Positions 54,198-62,537 of a DNA stretch of 62,537 nt are shown in pieces; positions within the stretch are counted from its first letter, which is position 1, and every line of letters starts with the position of its first letter. The notes beneath the pieces are model-generated. The model was not told where the DNA came from. It did not search any database and saw only the letters and a program-made list of their open reading frames with translations. Where the stretch lies: positions 1-62,537 of the forward strand of contig JACPQF010000075.1 in NCBI GenBank assembly GCA_016190625.1, given 5' to 3'. Position numbers and translations under genes: made by a program. This stretch comes from Chloroflexota bacterium. Lineage in GTDB: Bacteria > Chloroflexota > Dehalococcoidia > JACPQF01.

Positions 54198-54370
54198 GAA
54201 AGACCCTCCCTTACGAGCCTGTTCACTCCAATGGCTTCGAGTGGAAACACCCTCAAAGCATCTTTGTCGCACCGCTCTCCCCAGTAGATATATGCTTGGA
54301 ATGTCATACGTTGCTTGATAGTAACAGAGGCTTCGCCCCAAGTCAATTCACCAGTTGATCCAATGATCAT

Positions 54371-56161
54371 CTAATCTGTTGGCGCGTCGGCCGGTTCCAA
54401 ATGATGTCCAGGGTCACAGGGTCGTACTGCGTATCTGCTCCTTCTATCAAAACACCATTTCCCTACCGGCCGAGACCCTCTCAGCTTTTTCGTGCCTTCC
54501 CAGTCCACCCTTTCCGTCGCCATATCTAGCGCTACCCCGTAGCTCGCGTCCGCTTGCTCCGGGGAAACCAGCCCCGAAATCACATCCTCTAGCACCAACG
54601 CCGGGTCTCGCTCCAAGGGGTCACCAACGCCCCCTCCTCCATCCATTTTTACGCTTATTAGGTCGCCACCTCTCACGTCAAACGTTCGCATGGCTGGAAG
54701 CGGAGACCCATTGATGGCAAGATTACCTCCTTCACCCGGATGGCCGCCGAGCAAGCCACGTGCCTGATGCATGGTTCCCTTCATCTTAGGCAAACATGCC
54801 CCAGATGCCTTACCCATGATCCGCACATCGTACTCCACACCACATCCCCCTCGATGCCTCCCCGGTCCGCCTGAATCAGGCCTCAACTGGACCCTCTCGA
54901 CGAGGAGGGCAGGCGTAACGTACTCCTGAACCTCCGTGGGTGTACTTGTGATGGTGCTAGGCCAGGCAACACCAGACGGCCCATCGCCGCTATACCGGCC
55001 GCCCATGCCGGATGAGTGGAGCAGCACAGCCTCGAACAACCTACCATAGTCGTCGACGCCCTGTATCCTGAACGCCCCGGTGCAGCCACGGGTTTCTGCC
55101 TGCAACCGCTCTGGAAGGGCTTTAGCCAGCGCAGCGTATACTGCAGATAGGCATAAGTCACCCAGAACAGTGCGAGAGGCAGCGCCAACCGACCGTGGCC
55201 TCGGGTTCACTATGGTTCCCAAAGGCATTGTCACTGTCACCGGCCGCATCTGCCCACTGTTGTTGGGCAAATGGGGAGCCACTAGTGCTTTGATGCCGAT
55301 GAGGGTCTGAGCCTTGCTGTACAGGGGCATAGAGTTGATAGACCACTCGCTTTGCGGAGAGGTGCCAGTGTAGTCAACATGTATGTCTGTGCCCCGAACG
55401 CTTACGCTCACCTTGACGGTAAAGTCGCCGTCAATGCCATCCCCCTCGATCTCGCCCTCGAAGTCCCCATCTGGTATCTTGGCTACGGCCTCCCGCATCG
55501 CCCCTTCCGAGCGGGAGAGAATGGTCTCCGACAACGTGCCAAAATCCGCGATCCCCTGCATTTCAATCAGCTCTATCAGCTTGTTCCTCATTAGGTTGTT
55601 ACCGACAAGCTGAGAGTTAAAGTCCCCCATCACCTCGTCGGGGTAGCGCACGTTGTCGCGAATGATCTGCAGCACCTCCTCGTTGAACTGCCCTTTCTTG
55701 GCGATCTTGACCGACCACAAGAGGAGGCCTTCCTCGAAGATGGAGCGATTATCCGGCATGGGGCCACGGCCGCCGATGTCAGGCCAGTGGACGACACTGC
55801 CAGCTAAAGCCACCAGCTTTCCCTTGTAGAAGATGGGTTCCAACGCGAAGATGTCGTAAAGGTGGCCGGAGTTCTCCCAGGGGTTGTTGTTGATTACGAC
55901 ATCCCCTGGTTCCAGCGTCTCCGCCGGAACTCTTTGCAGAACTTCCTTTGCAATGAGAGGTATGCAGCCGGCGAAGACGGCAATGCCGAGGGAGCCCTGA
56001 GCTATGCAATCACCCTTGGGGTCAAGCAGGCAACAGCAGAAATCCCTCGACTCTCTGATGACGAGGGAGAAGGCCGTCCTAATTACCCCGGCCTCCGCTT
56101 CGTCACAGATCGAGATCAGTCTGCTCCAGAAGGTATTCAGGGCGACCGAATCGTACTGCAT
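54371..56161 (-). CDS. hydantoinase B/oxoprolinase (HyuB) family protein
   Basis: FWSRLISICDEAEAGVIRTAFSLVIRESRDFCCCLLDPKG and PGGGGVGDP-like GGGGVGDPLERD. RBS AAGGAG. Confidence 0.9.
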   Translation of the reverse strand: MQYDSVALNTFWSRLISICDEAEAGVIRTAFSLVIRESRDFCCCLLDPKGDCIAQGSLGIAVFAGCIPLIAKEVLQRVPAETLEPGDVVINNNPWENSGHLYDIFALEPIFYKGKLVALAGSVVHWPDIGGRGPMPDNRSIFEEGLLLWSVKIAKKGQFNEEVLQIIRDNVRYPDEVMGDFNSQLVGNNLMRNKLIELIEMQGIADFGTLSETILSRSEGAMREAVAKIPDGDFEGEIEGDGIDGDFTVKVSVSVRGTDIHVDYTGTSPQSEWSINSMPLYSKAQTLIGIKALVAPHLPNNSGQMRPVTVTMPLGTIVNPRPRSVGAASRTVLGDLCLSAVYAALAKALPERLQAETRGCTGAFRIQGVDDYGRLFEAVLLHSSGMGGRYSGDGPSGVAWPSTITSTPTEVQEYVTPALLVERVQLRPDSGGPGRHRGGCGVEYDVRIMGKASGACLPKMKGTMHQARGLLGGHPGEGGNLAINGSPLPAMRTFDVRGGDLISVKMDGGGGVGDPLERDPALVLEDVISGLVSPEQADASYGVALDMATERVDWEGTKKLRGSRPVGKWCFDRRSRYAVRPCDPGHHLEPADAPTD

Positions 56162-56214
56162 GTTGCTCCTTGATGAGTGGTCTAATGCCGGTTGTGATTG
56201 CCTGCGCGCCGAAT

Positions 56215-56238
56215 AGGGGCGAGCGGCCGCTCGCCCCT
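56215..56238. repeat. perfect 24-nt palindrome AGGGGCGAGCGG|CCGCTCGCCCCT (REP-like)
   Basis: Read directly. Lies between the SBP and HyuB genes. Confidence 0.85.
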
Positions 56239-56422
56239 GCACTCCCTTGCGTCACCTCGTTTGGGACCTACCCTGCAGGGGCACTCCTGATCTGTTTTCA
56301 TCCTCGGTAGCGCCCCGACTGGAGCATCAATGACTTCACATTGGTCAAGGATGCCGTGAAGCCTTCCTCATAAAGTCAAACTCTGGCGAGTTCCCCTGAT
56401 GACAGGATCGAGACATGCTCGG

Positions 56423-58072
56423 TCACTTGGCATGGGTGATCGTAGCGTAGACGGGTCCCCACATTGACGCGCCGCCCTTGACGGGGGTAAACTCGCCAAT
56501 CTTCGGGCCAATGGCAAGTATGGTCTCGATGTCCAGGTAGGAGATATGGGCGTGATTTTGCTGGCCCATAATGGCAATCTTAGCTGCCACCTGCTTTCTC
56601 TCCGCTTGGTCCTTGATCAGGGGAAGCGAGTCCAGCAGCTTGTCTAGCTCGGGGATGTTGATATTGTGATAGCTACCTGCCGAGTGGTAGATCGACGCCA
56701 GGCTTTCATCTTGCCACAGGTTTCCCCCGCTGGTACCGGGTTGAATCGTATTCCAGACTTCCGGTTTCGCGGGACCGGCAAGCCACAGGGGCGTGAAGGC
56801 GCTGTATTGTATGGGCGTGATCTTTGCCTCAATCCCAACCTTGCGCCAGTAAGCAGCCAGAGCTTGGGTTGACGTGCTGCCAATGCCACCTGCGGAGGTG
56901 TCCCACACCGTCACGTTAAAGCCACTGGGGTATCCCGCCTCAGCTATCAGCTTCTTTGCTCGGTCGGGGTCAAAGGGGTCTGGCTTCATCGTGTTTGCAT
57001 CGAAAAAGTAAGCCGTGGGGGGCACCTGAAATGCGAAGCCCGGCTTCGCGTATCCCGCGAATAGGGTGTTGGCTAGCTCTTGCCGGTTGACTGCTAGAGA
57101 TATCGCAGTACGCACCTTAACGTTCCCTAGCGGCTGCTTCTCCGGATTGCTAAGATCATACCATGACACAGAGTAGAGCCTGCTCTGTCCATCGAAGGAT
57201 GAAACACGAAGGCCGGCCGCCTTGAGGCCGGCTACGGAATCGGGCGCTACCTGAGCTAGGTCGAGCTCTCCGGTCTTCAGCATGGCAACCTTGGTCGACT
57301 CCTCTGTCAAATTGAGGATAGTCAGGTTCTTGAACTTGGGGATCTCGCCCCAGTAGTTCTCGTTGGCCTCGAGCTCGAGCCGATCTCCAGGCACATAGTT
57401 CACGACCTTCCACGCCCCGCTGCCCATAGGATGCGCGGTCAGGTAGTCTTCGCCGCGTTCCTGAACATACTTCTTGGACAGGACCATCGTAGATGCAGTA
57501 AAGCCGGGCCGCTCGAAGCCAGCCAGAACCCGAAACTGCGGCTGTTTTAGGTGAAGGATCACGGTGTAGCCGTCCTTGACCTCGATGCTGTCTATCTGCT
57601 TAGGCCAACTGGCGCGCTCATTATTGCTGGCGTGGACGACCTTGGGATCCATGATCCTCTCGAGGCTGAACTTGGCATCCTCCCCGGTGAGGTCGCTGCC
57701 ATCGTGAAACTTGACCCCTTTTCGGAGATAGAACGTATGGGTCAAGCCATCGGCGGAAATCTCCCACCGCTCCGCCAGCCCCGGTGCTAGCTGGCCATCT
57801 GACGTCAGCTTGAGGAAAGAGTCGTAGATGGCGGAACCCTTGCCAGCGCCGGCGTTGCCGTATTCATGGACGCGACCGACATCTTGGTAACTCCAAGCGA
57901 CTCTGAGGGTGCCGGAGGGCCTTGCAGGCGTCGGGGTAGCCGCCGCTGTAGGTTGAGAAGCAGGGGAACCCACGGACGTAGTGGGCGCTGTGGGCGTCGT
58001 CGAGCAAGCGGTCGCCAGCAGGATACCGACCAGCGTAGCAACCAGAGTTAACCTCACTGATTTGGAACGCAT
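56423..58072 (-). CDS. ABC transporter substrate-binding lipoprotein, family 5 (Opp/Dpp/Nik-like)
   Basis: Lipobox LLATAC, with family 5 length and pattern (WKVVNYVPGDRLELEANENYWG). RBS AAGGAGG. No permease or ATPase genes nearby. Confidence 0.85.
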   Translation of the reverse strand: MRSKSVRLTLVATLVGILLATACSTTPTAPTTSVGSPASQPTAAATPTPARPSGTLRVAWSYQDVGRVHEYGNAGAGKGSAIYDSFLKLTSDGQLAPGLAERWEISADGLTHTFYLRKGVKFHDGSDLTGEDAKFSLERIMDPKVVHASNNERASWPKQIDSIEVKDGYTVILHLKQPQFRVLAGFERPGFTASTMVLSKKYVQERGEDYLTAHPMGSGAWKVVNYVPGDRLELEANENYWGEIPKFKNLTILNLTEESTKVAMLKTGELDLAQVAPDSVAGLKAAGLRVSSFDGQSRLYSVSWYDLSNPEKQPLGNVKVRTAISLAVNRQELANTLFAGYAKPGFAFQVPPTAYFFDANTMKPDPFDPDRAKKLIAEAGYPSGFNVTVWDTSAGGIGSTSTQALAAYWRKVGIEAKITPIQYSAFTPLWLAGPAKPEVWNTIQPGTSGGNLWQDESLASIYHSAGSYHNINIPELDKLLDSLPLIKDQAERKQVAAKIAIMGQQNHAHISYLDIETILAIGPKIGEFTPVKGGASMWGPVYATITHAK

Positions 58073-58207
58073 CGTCGAACCTCCTTTGCAGTTTTGTCTT
58101 CTACATCACGATACGCCTCGTCGTGGCCTGTGGCATGGCAAGAACCCATTGATGCCTTCCACCGCCTCTTCGTAGGTCTTTCTTATCTTGCTCGTGGCCC
58201 TGATTAG

Positions 58208-58669
58208 CTAATTGGCCGGCCTAAAGTAGCTGATGTCCAGAATACTCGCCTTGCGGGACTCGCTGTATACTGGCTCTACCTTCATGCCCACCTTGATTTT
58301 CTCCAGGTCAATTTCACCCAGCAAATGTGTCAAACTGGTATCAGCCCCATCGAGCTTGATCAATGCGAAGGCAAAGGGCGCCGCCATGGGGTGGACGGGC
58401 AGGCTGTAACGGACAACGGTGTAGCTTTCCACCGTGCCGGAACCTTCGAGTTCAACCCACTCATCCATCCTGCCGAAGCAGTGCAGGCACGTCTCTCGGG
58501 GAGGCACATAGACCATATTGCACCGGCTACACCTGATACCAAGGGTCTTCTTGCTGTCGCGCAGAGCAATCAGGAACCGGCTCATCACTCCGCCCGCTGC
58601 ATATCGATAAGGCAGAATTATCGCGCCCTCTATTGATAGCGGAGCTTTTGGCTTTGTCTCTTGACTCAA
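58208..58669 (-). CDS. DUF35 Zn-ribbon/OB-fold protein
   Basis: GIRCSRCNMVYVPPRETCLHC. TTG start with GAGGAGG 5 nt upstream. Confidence 0.85.
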   Translation of the reverse strand: MSQETKPKAPLSIEGAIILPYRYAAGGVMSRFLIALRDSKKTLGIRCSRCNMVYVPPRETCLHCFGRMDEWVELEGSGTVESYTVVRYSLPVHPMAAPFAFALIKLDGADTSLTHLLGEIDLEKIKVGMKVEPVYSESRKASILDISYFRPAN

Positions 58670-58679
58670 CTTGGCCTCC

Positions 58680-59180
58680 TCATTCCTGAACTGTTTTGAA
58701 GTGAATGATGTCCCCCAGGTCGCCCTTACGCTGCGCCTCTGGCTTGAGCACCGCTTCTACCCTCATTCCCACCTTCAGATTCTCAGGATTGGTCTCTTTC
58801 AGGAAGTGTTCGAGGGCGCAGGGAGCACCATCAAGCTGGATGGTGGCCACACAGTAAGGGACATGCCTCGGCTTGCCGGTTTCTGGGTCAAGGAACGGAG
58901 CCAGTGTGACAGTGTAGACCAGCACGGTACCCCGGGGACCCACCTGCACCCACTTGTCAAAGCCATCCATCTCGACATGGCACCTGCCGCAGACTTTTCG
59001 GGGTGGTAGATGATAGCGCCCGCACTGGGGACACTCGTTGGCATATATCTTGCCATTATCCCGCAGTTCCTCGAACGCCTTGCTCAGAAAATCGCCGGCG
59101 CCCCAACGATAGGTCATGTTCATCTCCCCGTGAATCCCGCAGGGAACAATGATAAGGTCCTGAGTCTGTTCCGTAGCCAT
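58680..59180 (-). CDS. DUF35 Zn-ribbon/OB-fold protein
   Basis: ANECPQCGRYHLPPRKVCGRC. RBS AGGAGGG. Confidence 0.85.
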   Translation of the reverse strand: MATEQTQDLIIVPCGIHGEMNMTYRWGAGDFLSKAFEELRDNGKIYANECPQCGRYHLPPRKVCGRCHVEMDGFDKWVQVGPRGTVLVYTVTLAPFLDPETGKPRHVPYCVATIQLDGAPCALEHFLKETNPENLKVGMRVEAVLKPEAQRKGDLGDIIHFKTVQE

Positions 59181-59188
59181 TTACCCTC

Positions 59189-60361
59189 CTAGTCCAAGTT
59201 CTTCTTGAGGAGAAACAGGTTCGTCCAGTTGGCACCGCCAAAGGAACTGGCGAGGGCCGAATTAACATTCTTGGTTACTTGGTGTCCCCCGGCATCGCCG
59301 CGGATCTGTAGTGCGGCCTCAGCCACGCGAATCATAGCCGTTGCCCCGATCGGGTTGGTCGACTGCACACCGCCCGAGGGGTTTACGGGGAAGGCACCGT
59401 CCAGAGCGGTAACGCCCTTTTCCGCCAGCTTCCACGCCTCCCCCTTTTCGCAGATAAGAAAGTCTTCCAGCCAGGCGATCTCTGCCCAGGCAGCAGGGTC
59501 ATACATTTCAAACATATCAACCTGTTTCATCGGATTGGTTATGCCGTTCCTCTTGAACAGTTTGATCGCTGAATCAGTCTGTGATTGCATGCTGGGTATT
59601 GGGTCAGGCGCAAACGTTGCCCTCCACGCTTCCATATGCGAGGTGACGAAGTCGGTAATCCACACCGGCTTCTTCGTCATCTTTTTGGCCTTCTCCTCGG
59701 ACGCTAACACTATGGCGCAGGCTCCGCTGGACTGCGGACACATGTGCAAAAGCCTCAACGGCCAGATAAGGATGGCCGAGTCTAGAACGTCGTCAACAGT
59801 CAGTGTTAGCTTCAGATGGGAATAAGGGTTCTTCAAGGCATTCCCAGCAGCTTTGACCCGGACTATTGCCCCCGGCTCCTCTCCGCAGCGATATTGGTTC
59901 ATATAGCTCGCTGCAACAATGGCCAGTGCGCCTACTGCCCCGGTATGATAGGGTCGCAAAGTCAGCGGGTCAGCGCAGGTGATAATGGCCGAAGTCGTGT
60001 TGCCGCCACTTTCCTCCAGCTTCTCGCTGCCTATGATAAGCACCACGTCATATTTCCCTGAAGCCACGTGATACCATCCCGATGCGACCATCGTACCGCC
60101 GGTAGTACCCCCCGTATTCATCTTGAGGCCGGGCTTCATGTAGGCACCGCTTCCCTCGACAGTCATCGCATCCATAAGGTTATGCCCCTCGAACAGGTCC
60201 ATATTACCATTAAGGACGGCATCAACGTCCTCGATGGTAATCTCCGCATCTTGGAGTGCCTTCCTGGCGGCCTCATTAATAAGCTCGGTATGGTTGCGGT
60301 CGATGTGACGCTTCTTGTGCAAGGTTTGACCGATACCTACAATTGCAACTCTTCTTCCCAA
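59189..60361 (-). CDS. thiolase-like protein (SCP-x/Ltp type)
   Basis: VAIVGIGQT, LLHMCPQSSGACAIVL and NPSGGVQSTNPIGATA. TTG 60361 with GGAGG 5 nt upstream. The track start at 60412 overlaps the upstream gene. Confidence 0.85.
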   Translation of the reverse strand: MGRRVAIVGIGQTLHKKRHIDRNHTELINEAARKALQDAEITIEDVDAVLNGNMDLFEGHNLMDAMTVEGSGAYMKPGLKMNTGGTTGGTMVASGWYHVASGKYDVVLIIGSEKLEESGGNTTSAIITCADPLTLRPYHTGAVGALAIVAASYMNQYRCGEEPGAIVRVKAAGNALKNPYSHLKLTLTVDDVLDSAILIWPLRLLHMCPQSSGACAIVLASEEKAKKMTKKPVWITDFVTSHMEAWRATFAPDPIPSMQSQTDSAIKLFKRNGITNPMKQVDMFEMYDPAAWAEIAWLEDFLICEKGEAWKLAEKGVTALDGAFPVNPSGGVQSTNPIGATAMIRVAEAALQIRGDAGGHQVTKNVNSALASSFGGANWTNLFLLKKNLD

Positions 60362-60372
60362 AGCAGCCTCCT

Positions 60373-61527
60373 CTAAATACCAAGCACCATGACGTTGTGC
60401 AACTGCCCGCAAGCCCCGTCTACCCCATGGGCAACGGCCACCCTGGCACCGGGCACCTGCCTGGCTCCCGCTTGATTACTTAGCTGTAAGAAAGCCTCGG
60501 CGACGCGTACCGCGCCGTCTACTGTCACCGGGTTGCCCACGAGCGAACCACCAGAAGGGTTGACCGGCAACCTGCCGCCCATGTCTGTAACGCCTTTGGC
60601 CAGCAACTCTTTGGCCTCTCCCTCTCCACATAGCCCAAGTCCCTCGGTATACATCAGTTCCTGATAGGCGTAGGAAGCCGATATTTCGGCCAGGCTGATC
60701 TCTTTGGCCGGGTCCTTGATACCAGCCTCTTTGTAAGCCTGCCTGGCGGCTGACACCAGTGCATCGCACTTGGCGAGGTCCCGGTCTCCCGGCATATGCG
60801 CATCATAGCAACTGCCAAAACCCTTGATCCAAATCGGATTGCTGGTGATCTTCTTGGCCTTGTCCTCGCGCGCCAGGATTATGGCGCAGGCTCCGTCAGA
60901 GGTCGGCTTAGCGTCCAGCTCACGAATCGGCGAAGCCAACTCCTTAGACTTGAGCACATCCTCAACGCTGAGTTTCCGGGGCGATTGAGCATACGGGTTG
61001 TTCCGAGCATTGCTGTGCGCCCTCACGACAACCCTGGCGCAGTCTTCGGGAGTGACGGAATACTTATCCATATACCTTCTGGCCTGGAGCGCCGCTGCCG
61101 CGCAGAAGTCCATGCCCAACATCCGGTGGACGAACGGCTCCATCGACATCCATTCGACCAGCCTTCCGTTGGTTATGGACTCGCGGCACCATGCGACCAT
61201 GAGCACAACGTCATAGTGCCCCGAGAGTATCTGCATGCAGCCGTAAGCGGCTGCACTCACACCGTTACCAGCCACCTTTTCCTCAGGGCGTAGGTGCGCG
61301 CCAGCCACATCAGATGCAAACATCCCCGAGATGGTGCGACCATCCCAAAGGTCCTGAGAGCAAGTCACCGTTGAGTCAATTCCGGTGCCATCCAAAGTAA
61401 ATTTGAGGCCGGTCTGCTCTCGGACCTGTTTTACCACATCAAAGATCATCTCGCTGAGATCGACACCTTCTTTTAGCGGCTCGTATTTGGTCTGGGCTTG
61501 CGCTACAATGCCTACCTTTTCATTCAT
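60373..61527 (-). CDS. thiolase-like protein (SCP-x/Ltp type)
   Basis: VGIVAQAQTKY, DAKPTSDGACAIIL and NPSGGSLVGNPVTVDG. ATG 61527 with GGAGA 6 nt upstream. Confidence 0.85.
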   Translation of the reverse strand: MNEKVGIVAQAQTKYEPLKEGVDLSEMIFDVVKQVREQTGLKFTLDGTGIDSTVTCSQDLWDGRTISGMFASDVAGAHLRPEEKVAGNGVSAAAYGCMQILSGHYDVVLMVAWCRESITNGRLVEWMSMEPFVHRMLGMDFCAAAALQARRYMDKYSVTPEDCARVVVRAHSNARNNPYAQSPRKLSVEDVLKSKELASPIRELDAKPTSDGACAIILAREDKAKKITSNPIWIKGFGSCYDAHMPGDRDLAKCDALVSAARQAYKEAGIKDPAKEISLAEISASYAYQELMYTEGLGLCGEGEAKELLAKGVTDMGGRLPVNPSGGSLVGNPVTVDGAVRVAEAFLQLSNQAGARQVPGARVAVAHGVDGACGQLHNVMVLGI

Positions 61528-61546
61528 CAATTATCTCCACACACCG

Positions 61547-61900
61547 CTATTGGGTCTTGACGGACTCCCTTTCTTTTGCCGAGTCGAGGAACTGGGCCAG
61601 CCAGTTCAATTCATAGGGAACTACCTCAGCCATCCAAGTCCCGAAATCCCTCGCCCTCTGGATTGTCCCCATCTCTCCAAAGTAGGGGCGGCAAATGGAA
61701 TGAAGCCACGCAATTGTTTACCGCTTGCCGTTCCTGTGGCAAGGGCCAGGGGCAAGCTGCTCCGTTTCGAGCATTATACCATGCATGTCAAGTGCCATCG
61801 CAGCGACCACCGATTTGTCCAACGACGATCCAATCATCTCAGCGGCATAAAAACGAACTTGGCGTTCTGGGTCCCGCAAGTCAAGAGAACCGCCCGCCAT
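61547..61900 (-). pseudogene. hypothetical gene interrupted by an in-frame TAA (61718-61720)
   Basis: My translation reads MAGGSLDLRDPERQVRFYAAEMIG...HRNGKR*TIAWLHSICRPYFGEMGTIQRARDFGTWMAEVVPYELNWLAQFLDSAKERESVKTQ*. Both halves are in the same frame. Confidence 0.35.
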
Positions 61901-61903
61901 TCC

Positions 61904-62419
61904 TCAACCGACAGCTTTAGCCACAGCTTCTTCTAGCAGCTCCATGAATTGGGCGAAGGTCGTCTGCTGAAAATCCAGCACGGATTGAGCCTCGGCTGTG
62001 TCATACCAGTCAGAGTAGTGTGGACTATCAGGATACACCGCCTCCTCGATAGGAATATCCAGGATGGGGAAGACCCGAGCGACGTATTCGCGGCCAAGCA
62101 TTTGCCAGGTCCTGCCGCCAGCGATGTTGAAGACCTTGTCGGCCGCCTCACTCCGCTCGACAGCGGCGATGAGCGCCTTGACCACGTCGGCCCTGTTTAT
62201 GAACTCCATTCTCTGTTCCGCTACGAAAGGCCACTCGGGCGGATCCTGAAGGGCTGGCACGACTATCGCCGATATTCTCAAGATAGTGAAAGGAATTCCC
62301 GCTGCAAGAATGAGCCGTTCTGCCTCGACTTTGCTTTCACTGTATAGGCTGTTGGGCCGCTGCAGATGATCGATGCGAATGGGAGGCTGATCGTGCGTCG
62401 TATCGCCATAGGTGGCGAC
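61904..62419 (-). pseudogene. NAD-dependent epimerase/dehydratase (extended SDR) gene, apparently interrupted by an in-frame TAG (62420-62422); runs off the window
   Basis: My translation reads ..FGVFVSSFTGPL*VATYGD..PNSLYSESKVEAERLILAAGIPFTILRISAIV... The catalytic YxxxK region is present and the Rossmann N-terminus lies beyond the stop and window edge. Confidence 0.5.
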
Positions 62420-62537
62420 CTATAGTGGACCCGTAAAACTGGACACGAAAACGCCGAATAATAAGTTAGAATGGCGACATGAGAAAGCGCTACTCGAACA
62501 CGTTTAAGGCACAAGTTGTCCACGAGGTCCTGAGGGA

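Noticed and set aside
61718-62422. Stop-codon reassignment or programmed readthrough as an explanation for the in-frame TAA and TAG.
   Set aside because: TAA, TAG and TGA all terminate well-supported genes elsewhere in the window (for example TAG ends the CoA-transferase at 15329 and TAA ends DUF3786). Global reassignment is therefore excluded, and pseudogenes or sequencing errors are more parsimonious.
1-62537. tRNA, rRNA, tmRNA or SRP RNA genes; transposases, integrases and prophage genes.
   Set aside because: I scanned the intergenic regions by eye for T-arm GGTTCGA(A/G)TCC-type motifs and conserved SRP/tmRNA cores and found none. No ORF shows DDE, tyrosine or serine recombinase signatures. 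A cmscan or tRNAscan run would be the decisive check.

Overview
This is a 62.5-kb, GC-rich, gene-dense bacterial chromosomal window. I found no rRNA, tRNA, CRISPR array, transposase, integrase or phage genes. Gene content (recA-recX-rny-spoVS block, DUF4446, DUF3786, DUF2079, many family III CoA-transferases) and the GGGGCG...CGCCCC palindromes suggest a Chloroflexota-like organism. That is inference only and cannot be verified here.

Layout:
- 0-9.5 kb: housekeeping genes (PAS histidine kinase, DUF3786, NUDIX, DUF4446, recA, recX, RNase Y, spoVS, PHP phosphoesterase, fabZ).
- 9.7-13.3 kb: three translationally coupled GT9 glycosyltransferases, followed by a RelE/ParE toxin-antitoxin pair.
- 14-17.5 kb: CoA-transferase, a zinc-ribbon membrane protein and fmt.
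- 17.6-26.2 kb: envelope glycosylation locus (Thr/Pro-rich anchored protein, GT2, methyltransferase, DUF2079, and a very large PTPS-related membrane protein with four C-terminal repeat modules).
- 26.4-27.7 kb: recF, flanked by gene fragments.
- 28.3-36.3 kb: four paralogous 14-TM MFS transporters, three of them behind a near-identical 38-nt promoter block. A CMD-family gene, a MoaD/ThiS-like gene and a MocA-like gene are interspersed.
- 36.5-38.5 kb: a membrane-anchored decaheme c-type cytochrome with MtrC/OmcA-like architecture.
- 39.3-45.1 kb: GH26-like hydrolase, HepT/MntA toxin-antitoxin pair, a patch of decayed gene fragments, and mutL.
- 46.5-61.5 kb: a 14-gene same-strand acyl-CoA catabolic cluster built on CoA-transferases, acyl-CoA dehydrogenase, enoyl-CoA hydratase, three thiolase-like proteins and three DUF35 proteins (a fourth DUF35 gene lies outside it at 41.4 kb).

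The least conventional signal is non-coding. Foldback elements whose arms are tandem arrays of 7-nt units (GCTGAYR/TCAGCNN and AGGGTAG/CTACCCT) fill entire intergenic gaps. A REP-like palindrome family also occurs, and some copies sit in frame inside coding sequences.

Many long ORFs in the supplied track are antisense or N-terminally over-extended shadow ORFs typical of high-GC DNA and were not called.
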